From UHGV virus genome UHGV-0084588: a DNA stretch of 64,000 nucleotides, one strand, 5' to 3'. Origin of the DNA: a virus. Below, piece by piece: positions 56,875 to 64,000 of the stretch. A program made the translations under genes and the position numbers. The notes under the pieces were generated by a model that was not told the DNA's origin, did not search any database, and saw only the letters and a program-made list of their open reading frames with translations. Numbering within the stretch: the first letter of the stretch is position 1; the number at the start of each line of letters is the position of its first letter.

Positions 56875-58383
56875 ATGCAACAGTATTTTGAAATTCCGTC
56901 GTTAGACGCGACCATTCGCAAACCAATAATCGATGGTGTTATACAACGTGTACTTAATGAGTCTGGTATCGATACAGCAGCGGTTGTTTTCCTCGATGAA
57001 TTCAATAGCGCCCATCAACCAGATTCCACGTTAGGTGACGGTACTGATGTAGAGTACAGTTCACCTGAAAAGGTTTACGTTGAAGTAGAAGAAGAACGCG
57101 ATGAGTGGGCAAGAATCAACCGTCAGGTTGGTCAGCAGGCTGAACCGTACTTCTTTGAGAACCATGTCGATCAGGTACGCGCCTGGCCCGTTAGAACGAT
57201 GTATAACGTAACAGTAACGTTACGACGTACCAGTGCCTCACGTGATGAGTTATTGCGCTGGACGAACCGTTTAGACTCGTTAGTGGACATGGGTCGTTAT
57301 TCGACCATGACGGAGTCAGAAGCGTTCTATTATATCCCTAAACCTGCTTTAAAATTGTTGAATGCCTGCTACGTTGCTGCGGGAACGCGAGTACCAACGT
57401 TTGGCGATTTTAAAGCCTATTTGAAAGCGTATTTTACGCCCGATGTATTTCGCGCAGCTAATGTTGCTGGCGGTCAGGAAACCATTGCGGTACGTTACGC
57501 ACCTACGCGTTTAGAAACGGTATATGATGTTCAAACACCGGCCTGGGATAAAGATGAAAACCGCTGGGAAGCAACGTTCGTTATCCGTTTCTCTTATCAG
57601 CGTCCTGAGGAGATTGTGGTTTCGTATCCGTATATCATCAATCAGACACCACTGCCTGATGAATATTGGCCGGAGATAGATCCTCCGTGGGTATCTAACG
57701 AGGAGTTAGTTTACCGCCATCCTCAGCAACGCAATCTGGATTCGACCTGGTGGATTAACGAAACTCGTCAGTATATTCGTCTCCCGTATTTGTTATCCCC
57801 CACGGAACAGTTCCATCGTACACACTCTCCGCTTAAAGATAAACTCTTACCGATTTTTGGTACAGATGTTGTTTTTGAACCGGACAACATGTTATCGCCG
57901 AAGGTGATGTCTACGGAAGATTTACCCTACGAGTGGAACGAAGCGTTGCTGCCGTATATCGAACATTGTCGTGCGATAGACCCGACAGGACAGACGGGCG
58001 TATTCCGTGTCGAGCTGTTCGAAGAGGGACAGATTATCGAACCGCGTTTCTACCATTGGGAAGGAAATACGTTTTCGCTTAAAGGTCGTGACCTGAAAGT
58101 AAATAAGGGTTATTACTTAACCGAATCGGTTATGTTTGACTGGCGTGGAATGAACCTCTGGCCATTACAGTTATATCCGCAGGCAGCGAAAGTGTTAATT
58201 GAATGGTTGTTCCCGAAATGGGACGTTCCTGATTGGTGGTGGGATAAGCCGGTGTTACCGCCGAGTGTTATCGATGACATTAATAAACTGATTCCGAACG
58301 TAGAAGCCCGTGTGTTACTGACGATGCTGAACTCGACCATTATTACCATGCGAGGAACAGAGAATGCTCAAAGCGAAGCGTGA
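56875..58383 (+). CDS. hypothetical protein (502 aa)
   Basis: ATG with gaagga RBS; first of a run of coupled genes. Confidence 0.6.
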   Translation: MQQYFEIPSLDATIRKPIIDGVIQRVLNESGIDTAAVVFLDEFNSAHQPDSTLGDGTDVEYSSPEKVYVEVEEERDEWARINRQVGQQAEPYFFENHVDQVRAWPVRTMYNVTVTLRRTSASRDELLRWTNRLDSLVDMGRYSTMTESEAFYYIPKPALKLLNACYVAAGTRVPTFGDFKAYLKAYFTPDVFRAANVAGGQETIAVRYAPTRLETVYDVQTPAWDKDENRWEATFVIRFSYQRPEEIVVSYPYIINQTPLPDEYWPEIDPPWVSNEELVYRHPQQRNLDSTWWINETRQYIRLPYLLSPTEQFHRTHSPLKDKLLPIFGTDVVFEPDNMLSPKVMSTEDLPYEWNEALLPYIEHCRAIDPTGQTGVFRVELFEEGQIIEPRFYHWEGNTFSLKGRDLKVNKGYYLTESVMFDWRGMNLWPLQLYPQAAKVLIEWLFPKWDVPDWWWDKPVLPPSVIDDINKLIPNVEARVLLTMLNSTIITMRGTENAQSEA

Positions 58384-59734
58384 TAAACCGTCTTCTTTCG
58401 AACCGGTGGAACGCCCGATACCTGAGTTGAATAAACCGCAAGACGGCGTGAAGGAAACCACGAACGTGGTGACACAGCCGACCCGTACAACGGTGACGGA
58501 TTTAGAGCGTATACCGAAGCAGTACCTGATGAAATACCTGGAAGGGTCTTCCTGGACTGTTGATTTCTTTAACTTCTTGAAAGGACGTAACGACGCGAAG
58601 AAATTCTTCGATTCGAAGGTGCTTACGCCTGACCAACAAGTAGAGAAAATCATCGGGTTAGAATTGCGTGTCACTACACCGTTAGATCGTTCTCAGGACA
58701 CAACAAACAAAACGTTCACCATGTCCGGTGCCGCAACAATGGCGAACTCGGTGATTCCCAATGAAGGGTGTTTTTTCGTTGCCCCGATTGGAGACGGACG
58801 GTTTGCGTTGTTCAACGTCACTAACGTCGTGCGGATGTCCAATAACAAAATTGCAACGTATAACATCGAGTATACATTGCTGTTTGAAGTTGATCCGGGC
58901 GTTGCAGAAACCATTCGTCGCTGTACGGTTCGTGAGTATTATTACGTTTCTGAACGTGCCTGGACGGGCGGTGATACGTTACTGACACCGAAAGAATACC
59001 GTGCGTTTTTGAAAGTTGTTGATGCTATTGCGGATATTGAACAGACTTACGTAAAACGGTTTTACGATGGGGAAACGGCAACGTTGCTTTTCCCCCACGA
59101 TCGTCACAGCGATGGGTTGCGTAGTCGCGCGTATTACGATGTGTTCTTGGCACAGTTTGTACGCTCTGTAGGCTTACGGACCGTCGGTAAAGATATTCAA
59201 ATCTACCCGCACCCACCAATGCGTGTGGAAGATATTGAAACGGTCTGGACAGCATTGTTAAATCAATCGCCAACGTTCTTAGCGGATTACAAACGTGATT
59301 CCAGTGTCTGGCAGGTAAAAACCTTCCGCACGATGCAGCATCGGAATTCTGTGACCTGGTCATTAATTTCGGATACCCGATTCTTTACCGATGAATTAAA
59401 ACCGGGTTATGGGATGGCACAACGTTTTCCTGGACAGTGGCCGAAGTGGACGGAGTTTGAACCGGTTGAAGTGGAGAACTATCGGGGTAACGAAGGCGAA
59501 TCGATCCCTGCGTTTTTACCGCTGACCTACAAGCCGTATTTGTTAAGCCCAACGTTTTACGAGGGCTCGTACAGTTCGTTATTAGAATACGGTTTATATC
59601 TCTATCTGAATAAGCGACCACTGTCGACGGTAATTGCGTTGCGGTTGTTTGAAGAAGTTTACCGTTTGCCGAAGGATGCGCAATTCTATTACATCCCGAT
59701 GGTGTATTTGTTGTTACGGTATGCGAGGGATTAA
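58364..59734 (+). CDS. hypothetical protein (456 aa)
   Basis: ATG with gaggaacagag RBS, overlapping upstream gene by 20 nt. Confidence 0.55.
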   Translation: MLKAKRDKPSSFEPVERPIPELNKPQDGVKETTNVVTQPTRTTVTDLERIPKQYLMKYLEGSSWTVDFFNFLKGRNDAKKFFDSKVLTPDQQVEKIIGLELRVTTPLDRSQDTTNKTFTMSGAATMANSVIPNEGCFFVAPIGDGRFALFNVTNVVRMSNNKIATYNIEYTLLFEVDPGVAETIRRCTVREYYYVSERAWTGGDTLLTPKEYRAFLKVVDAIADIEQTYVKRFYDGETATLLFPHDRHSDGLRSRAYYDVFLAQFVRSVGLRTVGKDIQIYPHPPMRVEDIETVWTALLNQSPTFLADYKRDSSVWQVKTFRTMQHRNSVTWSLISDTRFFTDELKPGYGMAQRFPGQWPKWTEFEPVEVENYRGNEGESIPAFLPLTYKPYLLSPTFYEGSYSSLLEYGLYLYLNKRPLSTVIALRLFEEVYRLPKDAQFYYIPMVYLLLRYARD

Positions 59735-59735
59735 C

Positions 59736-60275
59736 GTGGCTGAAAAACGTAGCGCAGCATTTATGCTGTTTCACAAGTGGGTAGGATGGCGTGTTCCTGA
59801 ATGGACGACGATTTCAACGTATATGTCTCAGGAACATGGGTTGTTCTTACCGGAAGACGAGAAAAAAGCACGCGCGATACTGCTAAATAAAAAGACCGTA
59901 TACATGCGACCTTTCGAAGTTGCGGTTTATGCAGAAACGGGTGCGGCATTAGACGTCCACGACCCACATGACGGGATTATCGTGTACGGGTATATCATGG
60001 AGCACTTAGCCGATTGGCTAAACTACATGCAGACCCCACACTTAACAACACGTAAAGTCCCTATGGAGGGCTTACGTCAGTTTAATGCGTTAGCGCGTAA
60101 ACTGTTCCCGGTAGCGAACCGTTACGGTTACTTTAAGAAACCTGAAGTAACCATGGTGGTTTCCGTACAAGCGTTATTTGGCGAAGTCCGATTGGAAACA
60201 GAACGGCATCAGTTCAACGATACGATTATGCACCGTATTGAACAGATATACCGTAGACGTGGAGGAATTCTGTAA
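59736..60275 (+). CDS. hypothetical protein (about 180 aa), GTG start
   Basis: In-frame GTG directly after upstream stop with gagg RBS; ORF-track start 59634 would overlap by 100 nt. Confidence 0.45.
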   Translation: MAEKRSAAFMLFHKWVGWRVPEWTTISTYMSQEHGLFLPEDEKKARAILLNKKTVYMRPFEVAVYAETGAALDVHDPHDGIIVYGYIMEHLADWLNYMQTPHLTTRKVPMEGLRQFNALARKLFPVANRYGYFKKPEVTMVVSVQALFGEVRLETERHQFNDTIMHRIEQIYRRRGGIL

Positions 60276-61594
60276 TGTCGTTTGGTCGGTTACAGAACAT
60301 AGCAAACGTGCACATTGCACAAGCGGCGGGATTACCGGCCATCGACTACGTACCCCTTATTACAGTTCGTGGGGTGACGATCGACGTTTACAAAACCATG
60401 TCGATAATCCATGCCAGTAATTTCGCTCAGGATTTAACGACTATCACACATCTCAGTGTGGTAATTCCACTGAGCCAGCAACGTATTCTTACGTCGTCGG
60501 CAGAAGGGGATTTATCAGTTAAAATCCTGATGCGGACAATGAACAAGAAAACCATTGCTCAACTGAACTACCGAGGAATCGTGGTTAACAATCACGATCC
60601 CGATATGGAATCGCCCACGATGTTCTTGGGTGAGTCTGACCAAAAAGGGTTGGGCGTGGTGACGTTGGAACTGATGGACGAATCGATGTGGTTCCTTCGC
60701 TGTCGGCAGGTAGGAGGGATTTACCACGAAACAGACGGATTAAGTGTCGTTCGTGCATTGCTTGCTGATACGTTACCTACTGGGGATGCACCAGAAGGTC
60801 AGTTGGTTGGTGTGGAATACGAGGAAGAAGAACAACAGCCTTATCGTGACATTTTGATTCCCGATTCGCAAAGTTTTCTTTCGGTTTTCGATTTCATTCA
60901 GAACCGTTACGGTGTGTATAGCCAAGGATTAGGTGTCTTCTTGTATAAACACCGTTGGCATATCTTTCAACCGTGGGATTCTAAGAAATTCTCTACGGCG
61001 AAAAAGAAACTGGTGGTAATTAACCTTCCAAGAGAGAAAGTTGCCTATTTAGATAAAACGTGCCACATTGCAGGTGACGTCATTTATCTGATTTGTGGTG
61101 GCGATGTTCACACCTTCGAAGACAAAGACGCCCTTGCGCTAAATCAGGGAACGGGTTACCGCGTGGGTTCAATCCGTGCCTTAGATGGACGTGCAAGTTC
61201 TTTCTCTCCAGGCGATGTTTCGGCAACGACGTCAGATTCGTTTGTTTCAGCAGCAGACCCTACACAGTACCCTGGTGGTGTTGTTAATGCGCCTATTGAT
61301 CCAAACGAGCACTTCAGCGACACGGATAAGCCCCGTCGTTCTAAGTTGGCTGCCGCCAGAGGGACACTGACCGCAACGACCTGGAACCGTTCAGCGTATG
61401 GCTTATTGCAGCCGGGTATGGCAGTAAAATATCTGTATGCGAATAATTACGGTGTATACACTCGTTATGGGACGTTGGTTGGTGAAGTTTTCCAAGCTGC
61501 TGTTGATGGCGGTTCGATGGCGTCCCCACAATTCAATACCATTAGTCAATTGACGTTGTGGTTGACTAATGAAAAATTTACAACCGCTACGTAA
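60275..61594 (+). CDS. hypothetical protein (439 aa)
   Basis: TAATG junction; ggagg RBS. Confidence 0.6.
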   Translation: MSFGRLQNIANVHIAQAAGLPAIDYVPLITVRGVTIDVYKTMSIIHASNFAQDLTTITHLSVVIPLSQQRILTSSAEGDLSVKILMRTMNKKTIAQLNYRGIVVNNHDPDMESPTMFLGESDQKGLGVVTLELMDESMWFLRCRQVGGIYHETDGLSVVRALLADTLPTGDAPEGQLVGVEYEEEEQQPYRDILIPDSQSFLSVFDFIQNRYGVYSQGLGVFLYKHRWHIFQPWDSKKFSTAKKKLVVINLPREKVAYLDKTCHIAGDVIYLICGGDVHTFEDKDALALNQGTGYRVGSIRALDGRASSFSPGDVSATTSDSFVSAADPTQYPGGVVNAPIDPNEHFSDTDKPRRSKLAAARGTLTATTWNRSAYGLLQPGMAVKYLYANNYGVYTRYGTLVGEVFQAAVDGGSMASPQFNTISQLTLWLTNEKFTTAT

Positions 61595-61626
61595 ATTATG
61601 TTGTCCGTAACCTAAAGGATTTGTTA

Positions 61627-62427
61627 ATGAGTAATCTACTTACTTTCAGAATGTCTGGCCAAACGTTAATCCAAATCGACAAGTTCGAAGAAGAGAATTT
61701 TTCGAAACCGTCGAAGTTGTTAGAACGTTGCCTTAATGTTATTCCTGGTGGCGAACAACGCCAGTTGGATTACATCATGGCGTCCAGTGCTGACAAAACG
61801 ATTTCTGTTATTTATACCGTAGACGGTGTACAGAATTGTCGCTTATTACCAATCGAAGAAAAAGGGACGTTAGGTCACTTGTTGTTCCTGCACGCGATCA
61901 CAACTGCTGTGGTGTCTGGTGCTTTAGAAGCGCAATACGGCTTTGCTTATTGTTACTTCTATGCTCAGAAATTGGCTGCAGCGGTTACCCCAGGGCAACA
62001 GGAAACCTATCCTCAGTATATTGAACGTATTCTCCCTTCACACTTTAGTGAGTCGGAAGACTATGACTTCAATGCGTTTCGTTTTACCGTAGTGGGTGAA
62101 GCCCGCGATCCTGAATACACAACAGCGGTTCGTGCGGTGGTGCGCTATTCTGTGATTTCTACAGACAGCGGTACATCAAATAACTTTAATGAAGTGTACC
62201 CGGTCTTGCAGTTAGGTCCTTATGTGACTTTCAACAGCTACGTACCATTCAGTTGCCAGCTTGTGGGTCCGCAGGATAACGATTCTATTCTCCCTGTTGC
62301 GGAAGAAAAGTCATTGTTTATTCGCGAATCTGTAGAAGCTATTAGCGATAAGCGCTTTATGATTTCTTCGAAGACGGGCATTAGCGATCCTGAAATCGCT
62401 GTAATGGATAAGATGCAAGGTCTGTAA
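61627..62427 (+). CDS. hypothetical protein (about 267 aa)
   Basis: ATG at 61627 with aaagga RBS. Confidence 0.55.
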   Translation: MSNLLTFRMSGQTLIQIDKFEEENFSKPSKLLERCLNVIPGGEQRQLDYIMASSADKTISVIYTVDGVQNCRLLPIEEKGTLGHLLFLHAITTAVVSGALEAQYGFAYCYFYAQKLAAAVTPGQQETYPQYIERILPSHFSESEDYDFNAFRFTVVGEARDPEYTTAVRAVVRYSVISTDSGTSNNFNEVYPVLQLGPYVTFNSYVPFSCQLVGPQDNDSILPVAEEKSLFIRESVEAISDKRFMISSKTGISDPEIAVMDKMQGL

Positions 62428-62429
62428 AA

Positions 62430-62472
62430 ACTTCCCGTTACCTCTGTGGGTAACGGGAATACCTTTTATTTA
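62430..62472 (+). terminator. terminator-like hairpin
   Basis: cttcccgttacc-tctgtg-ggtaacgggaa followed by a T-rich stretch. Confidence 0.55.
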
Positions 62473-62589
62473 TCGCTAAACGCCACGCAGAAGTCATTTC
62501 ACCATTAAGGCGACTAATTACCCTTTAAAAAGAAAATCGCGTTAGAATGCGTTTTAGAGCGTTCTAGAGGGTATATGGATTCAAAAAGA

Positions 62590-62616
62590 TTTCAGATATA
62601 TATTACCTAGGTGAGA
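62590..62616 (+). promoter_or_regulatory. candidate strong phage promoter, 27-mer TTTCAGATATATATTACCTAGGTGAGA (second copy)
   Basis: Identical to 54336-54362; about 47 bp upstream of ATG 62663. Confidence 0.55.
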
Positions 62617-62662
62617 GTTTACGTAATACTCATTTATCGAATACCTAATTAGGAGTTATATC

Positions 62663-62806
62663 ATGATTTCTGTAAAACACAAAAAAGCTATCTTCGCTGT
62701 TGTTATCGCTGTTGTTCTGGGTTGCCTGTACCTGGACATCGACAAAGGCTACGACACTTGCATCGACAACGGTAATTCCGTTGCACAGTGCACTGGTCGT
62801 GGTTAA
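62663..62806 (+). CDS. small membrane protein (47 aa), not in the ORF track
   Basis: taggag RBS 7 nt upstream of ATG; MISVKHKKAIFAVVIAVVLGCLYLDIDKGYDTCIDNGNSVAQCTGRG; optimised codons; own promoter and terminator. Confidence 0.6.
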   Translation: MISVKHKKAIFAVVIAVVLGCLYLDIDKGYDTCIDNGNSVAQCTGRG

Positions 62807-62810
62807 TGTA

Positions 62811-62843
62811 TAAGGCACCTTCGGGTGCCCTTAATTTTTTTAT
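62811..62843 (+). terminator. rho-independent terminator
   Basis: hairpin aaggcacc-ttcg-ggtgcctt followed by TTTTTTT. Confidence 0.7.
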
Positions 62844-62860
62844 TAATTGGAGCATAAAAG

Positions 62861-63676
62861 ATGATTACTATTAAAGATTATTTTCCGCGTGGGCTGAGCA
62901 ATGAAAACTTCGTTCCAACTGAAGACATTGCCATCGTTGCAGAGTCTAACGATAAGTCTTTTAAACTCTACTTGAGTACAGCAGCAGGAAAATCTACTCT
63001 TATCCTTCGTGAACCTGAAGTGATAAGCATCTGCTCGTTTGGGGGCGGTGTAGAAGGAACGATTAACTGGTTGAAATCCAGAATGCATCGTTTACTTATC
63101 GTGAATACCGATCCTACGATTCGATTACAGCAATTGAAATCGTTGAATGAAGTTATCGTCGGATTATTGGAACACGAAACGTTCGGTAGTGCTGAGATTG
63201 CGGAAGCGATTAAATCTGTAGAACTGATCGAGTGGAGTGATATCGAATACGAACGTGCTGCGTTATTCGCAATGTACGGTGACGATAATCCCGTTGTGTT
63301 TGCACAAACGTTGGATAATGTTACCGTGACGGCGCGCGTATTGTTCGGCTTGCAACGTGTTGAGTTTGAACTGAAACACGTTTATGTAAGTAATACTCCA
63401 GAGATGGTGGAAACGTTGACTCGTGCGTTCGCTTACCCGTTAGACGGAGAATGGGAACAGCAGATTAATGAAGCGTTAGGCGCAATGCTGTTCTTAGCAG
63501 GCACACTAAGGAAAGAAGAGAAATTAGAAGGTCGTGTCTACCCAGAATACGATTTTGTTTGTGAAGAATGTGGAGCACAGTATCAAATACGTGTTCCTTT
63601 AACCGGCCTGACAATCCCGAAAGCCAACGTGGAATGTAAAGAATGTGGCCATGTTCAATACGTAGCGACTAAATAA
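62861..63676 (+). CDS. hypothetical protein (271 aa) with C-terminal zinc-ribbon
   Basis: CEECG...x17...CKECG; ATG with ggagcataaaag RBS. Confidence 0.6.
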   Translation: MITIKDYFPRGLSNENFVPTEDIAIVAESNDKSFKLYLSTAAGKSTLILREPEVISICSFGGGVEGTINWLKSRMHRLLIVNTDPTIRLQQLKSLNEVIVGLLEHETFGSAEIAEAIKSVELIEWSDIEYERAALFAMYGDDNPVVFAQTLDNVTVTARVLFGLQRVEFELKHVYVSNTPEMVETLTRAFAYPLDGEWEQQINEALGAMLFLAGTLRKEEKLEGRVYPEYDFVCEECGAQYQIRVPLTGLTIPKANVECKECGHVQYVATK

Positions 63677-63679
63677 AAG

Positions 63680-63730
63680 CAACCCCTAATCCCGAAAAGG
63701 ATTAGGGGTACACTTTATTTATTTTCGCAA
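63680..63730 (+). terminator. rho-independent terminator
   Basis: hairpin acccctaatcc-cgaaaa-ggattaggggt followed by a T-rich stretch. Confidence 0.65.
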
Positions 63731-63769
63731 ATTTCACTGAAAAGAGGAGTGAACACTACTAACTAATAA

Positions 63770-63885
63770 AGGAGGGGCTGTTCCAGCAGCCCCTCCTCCT
63801 CGCTTTAACTTTTCGAAAGAGAAGTTAAAGCAGTAGGGACTGTATAGGCAGTCCCTACTTAGGCGGCTAACGAACTGTTAGCCTA
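63770..63885 (+). other. cluster of four consecutive stable hairpins in an intergenic region
   Basis: aggaggggctg/cagcccctcct; gctttaactt/aagttaaagc (10 bp); gtagggactg/cagtccctac; ggctaac/gttagcc. Confidence 0.4.
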
Positions 63886-63913
63886 ACATTAAGACACTAA
63901 GTGAGGTATCAAA

Positions 63914-64000
63914 ATGCCTGATTTACGTAAGGAAGTTTTAAAGCAAACGAAATTATCACAGCTTAGGGAAAGTGAGTTCAAGGCACACATAAACGACTAT
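63914..64000 (+). CDS. hypothetical protein, 5' partial (continues beyond window)
   Basis: ATG with gtgagg RBS; open to window end. Confidence 0.45.
   Translation, partial: MPDLRKEVLKQTKLSQLRESEFKAHINDY

Noticed and set aside
1-64000. CRISPR array, integrase/transposase, or tubulin (PhuZ, GGGTGSG) genes
   Set aside because: No regularly spaced direct repeats with spacers, no recombinase or transposase motifs and no tubulin signature seen; PhuZ, if present, lies outside this window.

Overview
This window reads as a densely coded, mostly plus-strand segment of a large (jumbo) dsDNA phage of an enterobacterial host, most likely a nucleus-forming phiKZ-like chimallivirus. All calls are from reading the sequence and motif recall; no database search or folding was run. 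Main points: (1) fragments of phage multisubunit RNA polymerase: a beta-prime N-terminal gene (15461-17418), a beta C-terminal gene (27137-29374), and two beta-prime C-terminal paralogs (29374-31473, 37435-38736), implying two RNAP sets; (2) the beta-prime N-terminal gene is interrupted exactly inside the catalytic NADFDGD motif by a 350-nt sequence carrying group I intron core elements (16829-17178); (3) a family-B DNA polymerase appears split into an exonuclease + motif A gene on the minus strand (39307-41088) and a motif B/C/KKRY gene on the plus strand (9714-12026); (4) a 615-aa codon-optimised protein (13529-15376) directly upstream of beta-prime N, behind a tandem duplicated promoter-like repeat, is a candidate nuclear-shell (chimallin) or other major structural protein; (5) two adjacent proteins (23605-25311, 25334-26713) end in nucleoporin-like FG/GFG repeat tails; (6) an HslV-like peptidase, DHFR, an SSB-like protein, an SF2 helicase, an Mre11/SbcD-like phosphoesterase and an HExxH protein are recognisable; (7) recurring AT-rich upstream motifs (an identical 27-mer containing TATATTAC, and a palindromic TAGATATTATCTA family), many hairpin + T-run terminators, and one tRNA-like element. 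Most other ORFs are hypothetical. No CRISPR array, integrase or transposase was seen.
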